Positions 63,349-64,000 of a stretch of DNA of 64,000 nt are shown piece by piece (position 1 is the stretch's first letter; each line of letters opens with the position of its first letter). Where the stretch lies: contig NC_043012.1 in NCBI RefSeq assembly GCF_006345805.1, positions 22,692,001-22,756,000 of the forward strand, read 5' to 3'. The notes under the pieces are model-generated. The model searched no databases, had not been told where the DNA came from, and worked only from the letters and a program-made list of their open reading frames with translations. This stretch comes from Octopus sinensis (Eukaryota). The position numbers and the translations under genes were made by a program.

Positions 63349-64000
63349 TATATATATATATAATAAATGTATATGTGAAGGTACAAGGCTTGGTGGTTAA
63401 GATTTTGCATTAATGATCAAGCAATTGAGGGTTCAATTCCTGAATCAGGTAGCACATTGTGTTCTTGAGCAAAACACTTTATTTTAAGTTGCTATGTGGG
63501 TGGAAGAGTGGCAGAATTGTTGGCACGTTGGTAGAAATGATTTACAGTATATACTCTAGCTCTCAACATTCTGAGTTCAAACTGCAACTGCCTGGAGAAG
63601 ACAGTGAGAAACCACTCTAGTGTTCATCCCAAGCCTGGCCATGGTTGAAAAAAGTTCCTATATTCTACTTAAGAATATATATATATATATATACACATAC
63701 ATATATGTATTTATGTATGTATATATAAAAGTTTTTTTTTTTCTAATTTATATATATATATTGTTGTGTCTTGGGAGGGTCATTACATCACTAAAGTTAT
63801 TCTCATCAATTCACCTGGTGTTAAAACACCTGGAAGTCATAGACAAGTGAAATAACTTGCATCTGGTCCCATTCAGGAGTGATACACATTGATGTATCAT
63901 CATTTTTGTGACTTGTCAATACCACATACCCAAATCAAGGCCTGATGTAAGCGAAATTACCATCTATGACTATATGCAAAATGGCGTAAGAACCATCTGC

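Overview
AT-rich, microsatellite-dense eukaryotic non-coding DNA. The tRNA-headed SINE families and repeat landscape are most consistent with an octopus (cephalopod) genome; this is inference. No complete protein-coding gene is supported, and most ORF-track entries are translations of (TA)n/(TG)n/(CA)n tracts. Only a few weak minus-strand candidate exons remain (17.4, 34.5 and 59.9 kb). The window is a mosaic of mobile-element remnants: at least four tRNA-derived SINE families, mariner/Tc1 transposase relics (including a fold-back mariner made of two 5' halves), RTE and R4/Dong-type LINE 3' ends, Gypsy pol fragments, a non-autonomous Helitron and a 5'-truncated Penelope-like element (GIY-YIG). 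The strongest signal is a set of minimal type I hammerhead ribozyme motifs of the Penelope type, found in several unrelated repeats and with different catalytic cores. These are a canonical CUGAUGA core (31.7 kb), an intact compensatory U3-A8 core UUGAAAA (61.3 kb), CCGACGA and CUGUUGA variants, head-to-head pairs inside palindromes, and one hammerhead inside a tRNA-headed SINE with an inverted 5' duplication (60.8-61.06 kb). All structures were read by eye; no folding or database search was run.
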